From contig CDRNVI010000189.1 of the NCBI GenBank assembly GCA_977017575.1, positions 1-64,000 on the forward strand: a stretch of 64,000 nucleotides of DNA. The letters run 5' to 3'. Shown here in pieces: positions 1 to 10,827 of the stretch. The position numbers were made by a program, and so were the translations under genes. The notes below the pieces were generated by a model that searched no databases, had not been told where the DNA came from, and worked only from the letters and a program-made list of their open reading frames with translations. Each line of letters begins with the position of its first letter. Positions within the stretch are counted from its first letter, which is position 1. This stretch comes from Paramoeba atlantica (Eukaryota > Protista > Discosea).

Positions 1-1507
1 CTCCTCCTGTTGCTGTTCTCATCAGCCCCGCTCCTCTTTCCACTGCCATTCTTGTTGCTTCTTCTCCAATAGCAGTAGGACAAGGAGTTATTGAGGAAGA
101 AGAAGAAACAGAAGAAAAAGAAACGACTGGAACCCACGAAATTGTCCAACGAAAAGAAGAAATATCTTTCCAAGAAATATGAAGAAGATTCTTTTCTTTT
201 TCAACTTCATAAACAATATCTGGTTTTCTTTTTTTCTCTTGCTTCTTCTCTTCCTCTCCAAGTCGTTGACAAAGATAAACAATCTCATAACGACAGCGCT
301 GAATCATGTGACTTTGTATATTTTCATCAACATTAACGTCAAAGGTATTAAGCGCAAGAGGGTACAGGTATAAATCCATCATTCGAAGTGCATACAATAT
401 CTTCTTCAAATGATTCAATGGAAATGATAAAGAAGAAGAAGAAGAAGAAAAACGGTTTGACGAAAAAGAGGAAGAGGAGAATTCATCATCATGAACAGAA
501 GAACCATTTCGAAGAAACTTGGCAACAACATTGGATATCGAATGAGAAATAAACTTCGAGCCAATCAAGCAATGTGCATATGAAAAGATATTTAAAGCCA
601 ACCAAAGAATCGCTTCTCTTTTAGTTAAACCATCAAAACCACCACAACCACCACCACCACCACTCACCGGAACACCAACACAAGCCCTTACTACATCAAT
701 TCCCATCATCTCAAATAAAGGAAGAAGACGCTGAGCATATTGTTTTGTTGTCTGATCCGATTGCCCAACCTTTGAAAATACTGTTTCATCTGAAGATTGT
801 CCCATTGAAAGATCCCAATTTCCTCCTTTTGTTCGAATTCGATAAATATCTCTTCGCATTGAAACTGAAAGCTCACCCAAAACAAATGCTTTTCCTTCAA
901 AAAGAACTGAAATCAAAACCTCCAGTAATGGATTTTTATAAGGTGATGAATTTAACCAAGGTTCAATAATTCCACCACCACCACCACCAGACCCAGACAA
1001 CAACCCGCTGTGATCCTTATTCGTACTACCGCCACCACAACTCCTACTGCTGTTTCTGTTGCTGCCATTGCTGCTGCCACCACCACCACCACCACCACCA
1101 CCATCATTTCGATAATGGTGATGAGAAGAAAAAGGCATCATCTCATTGAAGCTCAAAAAAGGTTTGAGGAATGAAGGAATACAAGAACCAACAGCTGAAT
1201 TATCGAGAGCCCGAAGCCGTTTCCGTCGAGATTGACTTTCCTTTAATGAATAATCTGTAATCCCACCACCACCACCACCACCATTCTCAACAGAATTTGT
1301 TGTTCTCAACGCATATGGTAAAAACATGCCTTTTTCGCTCGGGTTCATATTCAACATCAAACGAAGAGAGGAGACAGAGTTGTTTCCTTCTCTCCTTCCT
1401 CCAGCAGCAGCAGCAGCAGTACCAGCAGCAGCAGCAGCAGTACCAGCAGCAGCAGCAGTACCAGCAGCAGCAGCAGTACCAGCAGCAGCTTTCTCCTCCT
1501 CCGTTTC

Positions 1508-1539
<32 letters not shown>

Positions 1540-2332
1540 AGTTGTCAGTTGTTGTTCTTGTGGTTGTCTCAAGAAGAGAAGAACAACAACAAGAAGAAGG
1601 AGGATCTGACTCAAAAGAAGAAGAACAACGAGAATGAGGGAGAGAACAAGAACAACAACCATGACGAGAATTCTTGGAACAAGAACAAGAACAAGAAAAC
1701 TGCTTCTGTTGCTGCTGCTGCTGCTCTCTTTTTGTCGATTCGAACAAAGAAGAGGAAGAAGAAGTTGGACACCCATCAAACAAAACACCTTTCCATTGAT
1801 ACACCACCACCACTTGACTGTTCGAAGAAGTGCGAGTACAACCATCCGCATGTTTTTTCTTTGATAAATCACTTTTCCTTTTACAAACAACACTATTACA
1901 TTCAGAACAAAAAGAGAAACGAGGTGTCCCTTGTGGAACAGCTCCTTCGAAGATAGGAAGTCTTCGACAAGTTGCATGCGAGAAAGATAAAAATTGAGAA
2001 ACATAATCAGGTGAACACCTCTTCATCACCGAAGGATCGCAAGATTTTGTCTGACATTGTTTCAAGAAAGATTTCTTTATCCAATAATACTTTTCGGAAG
2101 TACTCGTACTCTTTTTTTCAGCAGTTGGGATAAAACTATGACCACACGCAAAAATCACATATTGAGTCTGTGAACCTCTAACAATCATAAAAGGAGGAGG
2201 AGAAGAATACTGCTGCTGCTGCTGCTGGGAAAACAAATCATCATTATGAGGTGGTGGAAACAATTGAGTTAAATCATGATCTTGTTTCACCAACTGCGAA
2301 AACACAAGGCGATCAAGCGAGGGAAACGTCAT
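1..2332 (-). CDS. Unknown protein, >=777 aa, 3'-partial (runs off the left edge); Cys-rich N-terminal third, Thr/Ala/Gly/Ser low-complexity middle, globular-looking C-terminal part
   Basis: Manual translation from ATG at 2332 (MTFPSLDRLVFSQLVK...FACGHSF...GTAAAAAG...LNTFDVNVDENIQSHMIQRC...) found no stop down to position 2. It is absent from the ORF track, consistent with having no stop in the window. An acceptor-like TTTACAG lies just before the ATG. Confidence 0.7.
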
Positions 2333-2550
2333 ACTGTAAAGAATAAACCCTTTTTACAAGCCAGCCAGCCAGCCAGCCAGCATATATGTATTATTTTGGG
2401 GGAGGGAGAGTGGAGCAAATGGTGGATGGATGATTCTCTCGAATTGGGTGAAAGATTACACACCAAAGTGTAGAACTACACTACACTGGCCAACAAAAAA
2501 TAAAGAGTGTACTCTACTGATTCACACACACCACACACCTAGACACAATG

Positions 2551-2580
2551 TACGATACGATACGATACGATACGATACGA
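2551..2580. repeat. (TACGA)6 microsatellite
   Basis: Directly visible perfect pentamer repeat. Confidence 0.95.
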
Positions 2581-4303
2581 CACGCGATAATGCTCTCTTC
2601 TCTTCTGAAGGATCGGAGAAGGGGGGGAGGGAGAAGGGAGGAAGGATGCTTATCTTAAGCTGCTTCGTGTCTCTTCTAACAATAAGAAAAAAAGAGAGTT
2701 AAAATTCATTTTTAATCATCACCAAAAACCAGAAAACCAGAAAACCCTCATAAAAACAAAAAACAATATTCACTCAAAGGGAAGTGTTGAAAATAATACC
2801 TCAAAAACCAGTCGTCCAGAGAAGAAGGGAGGGAGGGGGAGGAGTGAGTGTGTGTTGCTTGTTTGTTTGAGTTGGTGTTGTTGGTTACTCGAAAAAAGAG
2901 AGAAAACTCTTTGTTTTTGCACGTGTACTCTTTTAGCAAAAAGAGAAAAAGCTCTTTCCAACCACGAAAGTGAAACGAAAAGTCGAGCCAACGTTCAAAA
3001 AAATTCAAAAAAAACCTTTTCGAAAAGGTTATCGTTGTCCTCGCTCTCTCTCACCACACCTTAGTCTTTCCACGTGTACCTCTAAAAAAAGAAAACAAGC
3101 AAAAACAAAAACGTTTTTCTTTTTTTCAAAAAAAACCATAAATTAATCTTTCACAATAAAAAGAATTCTTTGAAACAAAAAAAGAAAAGAAAAACCTTTT
3201 TTCGAGCTTAAACCCTCCTCAATATTATTCAAACATCAGAAGAAGAGAGAGAAGAAACACAACTTTTGAACCCCTCTCTCTCTCTCTCCACCCCCCTCCC
3301 TTCTTCTCTTGATTTTCATTTGTTTTGAAACTCAAAATGAGAGAAAAGAAAAAATAAATTGAGTATTCAACTTAATCTTTTCTTTTTTTTTCTCTTCATT
3401 ATATTCAACTCCTGCTGTTATATTATCGTTGTCGTCTCTTCCTTTAAAAAAAGAAAAAAAGAAAAAGGAATATTGAATTAGTGTTTTGAAGGATAAAATA
3501 AAAAAAATATTATCTTGTTGTTTTAAATTAAAAAAAAAAAAAAAAAGAAAATAAAAAACCTTCTTGAAACCTCTTTCTCTTTCTTTCTCTTCTCTCGAGT
3601 CTCTTTCGCTCTCTCTCTCCCCCCCCCTTCAAAACCCTAAATCTCTTTGGATGCCGTCGATCGATTCTCTTCAATAAATCACTAATTACATAAGTCAGTA
3701 AAGATATATCTCTCTTCTTTCATAATAATCAAATTAGAACAAACCAGCAAAAAGAAACGATTTATCACTGCTGAAAAGCTTGATGTTCGCTCTCTCAACA
3801 AACAACAACAAACAACAACAACCACATGCATCAATTATTGTGTGAGATGATCTTTCCTCATCTTAACACCACTTCTTTCCCCCCCCCCCCCCTTCTTTCG
3901 TGGTTTGCCATCATCATAACACATCTTCTCCCTCTCCTTTCCCTCTTAATACTCACAAGACTGCCAAACATTGGACAACACAACAAAAGGATCACCGGAA
4001 CAACCCAAAACCCAAACCCCCTTTTTCATTCTAAAAATAAAAAAAACAAAAAAAAAAAAACGAAAAAAAAAATCGGTGTCCCAAATAAAAAGACATCTTT
4101 TCATTGTTGTTTTTTTGTGTCAATTCTTTTTTTTTTCAAAGAATTAATATTTGAATCGAAATCAAAAGAAGAGAAAATTGGTGGATTGGTGTTTGATGTT
4201 TGTTGATTTTCTTCTTCTTTTGATTCTTTTTCTTCCAAAACCTTAAACCCTGAAACTACCCACCATAAAAATAACAATTAAAGATCTTTGAATTTTTTTG
4301 AAT

Positions 4304-5525
4304 TTAAAAAAAAAGAATATTTTTATTATAAGAAATATGATAAGAGTGAGGAGGCCACATAATATTATCCGGGGAAGAGAATTGCTGGTCATAATTTTTA
4401 AAAAAAATAACAGTGTATTGTTCCCCACGAAAACTTTCCATTGCAATTTTTCGATGTCGCAAACGTCCGTCAAAAACAATTATTGTTCCTGGAATAATTG
4501 GAATTCGAATTGTATATGCTCCTGTTGGGTCTTCAAATTCAAAAAAACTCTCACCGACAAACGTTCCTAAAAAAATAACAATTTGAAATGTAATATCGCG
4601 TTCATCAGAGTGCCATTTGACTGATTGGTCATTCGATGTCATTAAAGAAACATAGATTACAAATTCCCCAGAAGCGAAGCGATCATCGAGAAGAGAACAT
4701 AGGTATTTCCCTTGAAGCCATAATTGTTTTTTCCATTGGGGAATTTTTCGTTCGAGTGGATTATTAGCAACTCCAAAATGGCGGACAAAATTGTGGGGTT
4801 TTTCAAAACCTAATCCAAAATTAGGGGAAAACAATTAAAGGGGGTGGGTGGGTTAGGGTGTAAGACGAACAGACGAAAAAGAAACAAAAATAAGGTTAGA
4901 GAAAAAAGATAAACGAAAAAAACAAAGAAAAAAGAGATAAAAAATTAAAGAAAAAAAAATTAAAGAAAAAACCTGTTGCCCCAATTGCATTAACAGTATA
5001 CCCAATCATAATTGTTCCTTTAAGATCAAAATTTTTTGAAGTTTGTTTTTGTGAAAAACGACAAGAATTCTTCAAAAAGAAAAAGAAGATGCTCAAATAT
5101 TGGGAAAGAACTGGTGGAAATGTTAGAAGTGGTTGAGGAAGGTTTGTGTTCGTAAAGATATGATATTCGTGAAGTGAAAAAAAGGGAAGAATTTTGTGTT
5201 CTTTTCCAGGTTTGTTGAGAGGGTTTAAAAGGCTGCTTCTGCTGCTGCTGCTGAGAACGGAGGAGGAAAGATAATAATTTTTGAAAGGCTCTGGAATAGA
5301 AACTGAAAAAGGTGGTAATATCGTAAACTTCTCCTCCTCCTTTCTCAAAGGTAGTAAAGAAGAAGAGGAAGGGGGGTTGCATTGAAATGCTGTTAAGTAA
5401 AAATTGTCCTCATTCATCGCTTGCACTTTTCGCTTTTTTGCTTCTCTTTCTTCTCTTTTTTGTAAACACCAGTATGTTCGGCGGTCTTTTTGACGAAGAG
5501 AGGGAAAAAGGACTTTATGGGACAT
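4304..5525 (-). CDS. 2OG-Fe(II)-dependent dioxygenase (possibly TET/JBP- or AlkB-related), 2 exons (5525-4973, 4809-4304)
   Basis: A phase-1 GT-AG intron joins ORFs 4896-5525 and 4304-4834 in frame. Motifs WHSDERD (HxD), IVFDGRLRH (distal His) and a terminal strand GEQYTVIFF fit the double-stranded beta-helix fold. Confidence 0.72.
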
Positions 5526-5579
5526 GGAAAGAAACTAACACAAAAAATGTGTTCAATATTTCTCTTGTGTGGAGAATTC

Positions 5580-5825
5580 AAAAAAAAAAAAAAAAATAAA
5601 AAAAAAATAAAAAAAAAAACAAAAAAAAAAACAAAAAATTCTCAAAAAATTCTCAAAAAAAAGTGTCTGCAAAAAAGGGATTTTTGTGCCTGAAAAATGG
5701 GAGGGGGTAGGAACTCTGCTTTTTTTTATTTTTTTTTTTTGTGAGAATTTTTTTTGTTTTTTTTTGAGAATTTTTTGAGAATTTTTTTGAGAATTTTTGA
5801 GAATTTTTTTGTTTTTTTTTTTGTT
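5580..5825. repeat. Imperfect inverted repeat (AAAATTCTCAAAAAA units versus TTTTTTGAGAATTTT units) around an ~80-bp spacer
   Basis: Units at ~5633-5662 are reverse complements of units at ~5760-5810. Confidence 0.6.
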
Positions 5826-6691
5826 AGAATATTTGTGGGTTTAGAGAAGAAAGAAAACAAAAGAGAACTCTACCGCTATGTTGGCAGAGTTCTTAAAACA
5901 AAAAAAAAAGATTTAAGAAGCAACTTACTGGCACACTGAAAATTGAAGTCTAAACCCTATTCCAAGAAAAAATAAAAGTGTTTGCTGATTCACCAAGCAT
6001 AAAGAGGCAACAACACAACCAACAACAACCATAAATAACAACCCTAAACCCTAGTGTTTCAATTTCCAGATTTTTCATCTTCTTGCCATCTTTACACAGA
6101 CGGAGGGGCACCACACCCACCACTGCTGAAGGGAGGAGGCCAACTCTCCATAAGTCCGGAGACTTGTGCAATATAGTTGGTGTTGATAAAAGGAAGGGTT
6201 AATGGTTTTTTTCTTTGTTGTTAAGGTGATATTAGTTTGTTTTTCATTTGCGATCATTGTGTTGTGTGTTTGTGTTTTTCATTTTTTTTCAAAAAAACCA
6301 AAAAATAAAACAAATCAAAAATTAATTTTTTTATTAATATTTTTTTGATTTTTCAAAAAAACAAAACAAACCTTTAACCTTTCTTTTTTATTATTTTGAA
6401 CTCCAAAAAACAAAAGAGAAAGTAAAAGAAAAAAAATAAATCAGAAAAGAGGAGAGTAGATTTTGGCTGCACACGGACAGGACGTGTCAAAGATGAAACA
6501 AAAGAAAGGAAAGCAAATTGAACACAGAGAGAAGGAGGAAGGGAAGGAAAAAAGGAGGAGCAATGAAAGGAGAGGGAGAGAAGCTTGTAAACCTAATTAG
6601 ATGTGGTCCACAATATCACCCCTAAACCCCCAACAATACTTTGGTAAGAGAGAAAGAGGCAAAAGAGGAAAATTAGCAAAAAGAAAAAAGA

Positions 6692-6746
<55 letters not shown>

Positions 6747-6956
6747 AGGAAGAAAGAGGGAGAAGAGAAAAAAAAAAAGGATTGGAGGAGCAAGAAACAA
6801 AAAAGAATAAAAGAGAGAAAAAAAAAGAAAAAGAAGAGAAAAAATAAAAGAAAAAAAAGAAAAAAAGAAAAAAAAGAAAGAAAACCAAAGCACAAAAAAA
6901 TCTCAGTCCATTAAAAAATAAGAGTGCTCTTATTTCTTGGTGGTTTCAAAGCAAGA

Positions 6957-8455
6957 GTAAATCACAAAAGGAATAAGACGATACAATTTTTCAATGGATA
7001 AAGAACATTCTCTGAAAGAAAAAACATTAAAACAAAAAGTTATTTAAATATTATTTAAAAAAATATCAGAAAAAAGAAACTAAATCCCTAACCCATCACA
7101 TCACATTGTGCTTTATCTGAGAGAAAAATAGGATTCTTTAAATACAAGTAAATCACAAGGAATAAGACGATGTAATTTTCAATGATAAAAAACACTCTCT
7201 GAAGAAAAAAACAATAAAAAAAAGTAATTAATTACTGTTTAAAAAAATACTAGAAAAAAGAAACTGAACCTCTAACCCATCACATCACATTGTGTTTTAT
7301 CTGAGAAAAATAGACTTCTTTGGAGAGAGTAAATCACAAGGAATAAGACGATGTAATTTTCAATGATAAAGAACATTCTCTGAAGGAAAAAACAATAAAA
7401 AAAAGTAATTAGTTATTGTTTAAAAAAATATTGAAAAAAAGAAACTGAACCCCTCACATCACATCAAGTGCTTTATCTGAGAAAAATAGGCTTCTTTGGA
7501 GAGAGTAAATCACAGGGAATAAGACGATGTGATTTTCAATGATAAAGAACAGTTTCTGAAGGAAAAAACAATAAAAAAAAGTAATTAGTTATTGTTTAAA
7601 AAAATATCGAAAAAAAGAAACTGAACCCCTCATATCACATCAAGTGCTTTATCTGAGAAAAATAGGCTTCTTTGGATACAGTAAATCACAAGGAATAAGA
7701 TGATATGATTTTCAATGATAAAAAACACTCTCTGAAGAAAAAAACAATAAAAAAAAGTAATTAGTTACTCTTTAAAAAAATACCGAAAAAAAGAAACTGA
7801 ACCTCTCACATCACATCAGGTGCTTATTTGAGAAAAATAGGCTTCTTTGGAGAGAGTAAATCACAAGGAATAAGATGATGTGATTTTCAATAATAAAGAA
7901 CAGTTTCTGAAGGAAAAAACAATAAAAAAAAGTAATTAGTTATTGTTTAAAAAAATATCGAAAAAAAGAAACTAAACCCCTCATATCACATCATTGTGCT
8001 TTATCTGAGAAAAATAGGCTTCTTTGGATACAGTAAATCACAAGGAATAAGACGATATTATTTTCAATAATAAAGAATAGTTTCTGAAGGAAAAAACAAT
8101 AAAAAAAGTAATTAGTTATTGTTTAAAAAAATACCCGAAAAAAGAAACTGAACCCCTCATATCACATCATTGTGCTTTATCTGAGAGAAAAATAGGCTTC
8201 TTTGGATACAGTAAATCACAAGGAATAAGACGATATAATTTTCAATGATAAAGAACAGTTTCTGAAGGAAAAAACATTAAAACTTTAATTATTTAAATAT
8301 TGTTTAAAAAAATGTTGGAAAAAAGAAACTGAACCTCTAACCCATCACATCACATCACATTGTGCTTTATCTAAGAGAAAAATAGGATTCTTTGGATACA
8401 GTAAATCACAGGGAATAAGACGATGTTATTTTCAATGATAAAGAACAGTTTCTAA
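6957..8455. repeat. Tandem satellite, ~8.3 copies of a ~177-bp unit
   Basis: The GTAAATCACA anchor occurs at 6957, 7148, 7329, 7505, 7681, 7856, 8033, 8211 and 8401 (spacing 175-191). Units are homologous along their whole length and carry no ORF. Confidence 0.95.
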
Positions 8456-10135
8456 AAAAAAAAAACAATTAAAATAAAAAAAAATAAAACAAAAAAAATT
8501 CCGAATATCAACAAAAAGATTAAAACTCAAAAGAAACAACAAAAAACAAACTTTCATATTTTTAAGCTTTCAAAACCCTGAAATAAAAAAGAAATAAAAA
8601 AAAACAAAAAGAAAAAAAAAAGAAGAAAATGAGAGAAAAAGAAAAAAAGAAATCAAAAAAGAAATCAAAAAACCATTGAAAAAAAAGAAATCCTGTTCCC
8701 ACTCAACACAAAAGAAAATGAATCCCTTTTGATTTTTTTTATTTTGTTCATTCTGAGAATAAAAAGAATTAGTTTTTCATTTTTCTAAATCTTTTCAAAA
8801 AAGAAAAAGAAAAAGAGAAAAAGAAAAAAGAGAAAAAGAAAAAAACCAAAAGAAAAAAACCAAAAGAAAAAAAAAAAACAATTTTGTGTGAAAAAAAGTA
8901 AAAAAGAAAAAGAGATGAAGGAAAAAGAAGAAAAAAGAAACGAAAAAAAAAAAGAGAAAAAGAAAAAAAGAAACAAGAAAAAGAAGAGGAAAAAAGAAAA
9001 GAAAGAAAACCTCAAAGAATTGAATCACCGGATAAACCTTGTGAATTCTCTTATCTTTCTCACTTTGAGAAAAATAGATTGGTTTTTCATTTCTCTTTCT
9101 TAATATAAAAGTGATACATTGAAAAAACCAAAAATCTCTTGATTTCTAAAAGTCTATTTTTCTCATCTTTCAAAAAACAAAAACCAAACACAAAAATCAA
9201 ACAAAAACAAAAAACAAAAAAGAAAAACTTTTTTGCCGAAAAACCGATTTTTATTTTGGGTGCGATTTTTTTTCTTGAAATTTGGCAAGGAGGTGAAAAA
9301 GAATTCAAATGTTCTTGTTTTTTCTTAGTTGTTCAAGCTTCCATCAAGATAGGACCAATACAAATTCAATTCTTTTTCTTTTTTTCTTCTTTAATCTTAT
9401 TTTTGGTTTGCATTTGGATTTTTTCAATCAATTTTGGTCATACAATCCTTTTTCTTTGTTTTTTTTTGTTTTTTTCTCTTTTTTGTTGAATCTTTCTCTT
9501 TCTCTTTCTTTTTCTTTTTTTCTTTCTTTCTCACAAACAAAAAAGAAAAAAAAAACTGTTCGAAACAAAAAACCAAAAAAAAAAACCAAAAAAAGAAAAA
9601 GAAAATGGATGATGTGGCAACATTTGATTGGGAATTGGATTTTTTTTTTCTTTTTCGGAAAAGAAAGCGGCGGGTGAGAAAAAAACAGAAAAACAGAAAA
9701 AGAAAAGAAAGAAATTGAAAGAAAAGAAGAGTTGAAAGGTTTGGAAAGATACATGATAGATTGTTTGATTTACCAATGAACTTTTTTATTCCATATTTCA
9801 AGTGAATGTTTTAGTTTGTTATTCTTTTTTTTTTTCTTTATTCACAAACTATTAAAAACAACACCACCGGATCAATCATTTCACTTTTCCACACACAATC
9901 AAAAGAAAGAATTGAGAAAATCAAAGAAAAACAAAAGGTTTCTTTTTTAGCACACCTTATGCTTCGATGTTTTTCGTCTCTTTCGGATAGAATCATCACC
10001 TTAATCGATTCGATTCGTAAATCTTTCGAAAAAATTCGTTAGTTTTTTGCAATGTATAGGGAGCAATAATATTATTTCTTATAATAGGGAAACAGAGCCA
10101 AAAGTCCCAAAAGTATGTTTACAAAAGGATGCTGT

Positions 10136-10445
10136 AAAAATCTCTCAATATTAAAAAATGAAAAATAAAAATAATAAAATAGTGTAAAAACATGAAATTA
10201 ATCTATGTTTAAAGAAAACTTTGAAAAATTTTATATATTACCCTCTTATGTAGGTACCAATTCATTGATGTTTTTTTATATGTAAAATACATAGAAAAAA
10301 TACTCATATTTTTGGACTCTATAAAAATCTCTCAAAATGAAAAAATGAGAAATGAAAATGATAAAGTAGTGTAAAAACATGAAATTAATCTATGTTTAAG
10401 GAAAACCATGAAAAATTTTATATATGACCTGATAATGTAGGGAGG
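10136..10445. repeat. Diverged direct-repeat pair (~125 bp matched, period ~187 bp)
   Basis: AAAAATCTCTCAA...TAGTGTAAAAACATGAAATTAATCTATGTTTAA...GAAAAATTTTATATAT occurs at 10136 and 10323. Confidence 0.8.
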
Positions 10446-10827
10446 AGACTAAAATTATATGTTTGTATGTAAAAATCATATAAATGTTTTCTCAATTATT
10501 TTTGTTCTATGAGACAAAATCAAAAATCTGGCTGGTCCAAGTTTTAGAAAATAGTTTTTTTTATTATGTTATTAAAAAAAATTAGTCCCAGCTCACTTAT
10601 TTCCTCAATATGTAGGGTGCCACTTTAAAGTCCTATCATTATATGTGAATTTCATACATAAGACCTCTTCGTAAACTGCCTATAACTTTTTGTGACATAT
10701 TCGGATTTTAAAAAAAAATATGCCATTAGGTAGACAAAAATGAGGCGCATCTTTCTACCAGTCTTGATTTTCCGAATTGTGAAAAAAAGTGGTTCAAAAC
10801 AAAGTAATTAGGCCCTAAACCCTAATT

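Noticed and set aside
1297-2004. PolyQ ORF 1297-1956 (+) and poly-Leu ORF 1357-2004 (-)
   Set aside because: Shadow frames of the longer 1-2332 minus-strand ORF across a CAG-type repeat
6957-8455. Possible CRISPR array or repeat-exon gene
   Set aside because: Units are homologous along their full length with no unique spacers; eukaryotic context, no cas genes; all frames hit stops within each unit
6593-9801. Numerous Lys-rich or Phe-rich ORFs in the track
   Set aside because: Artefacts of poly-A/poly-T low-complexity sequence
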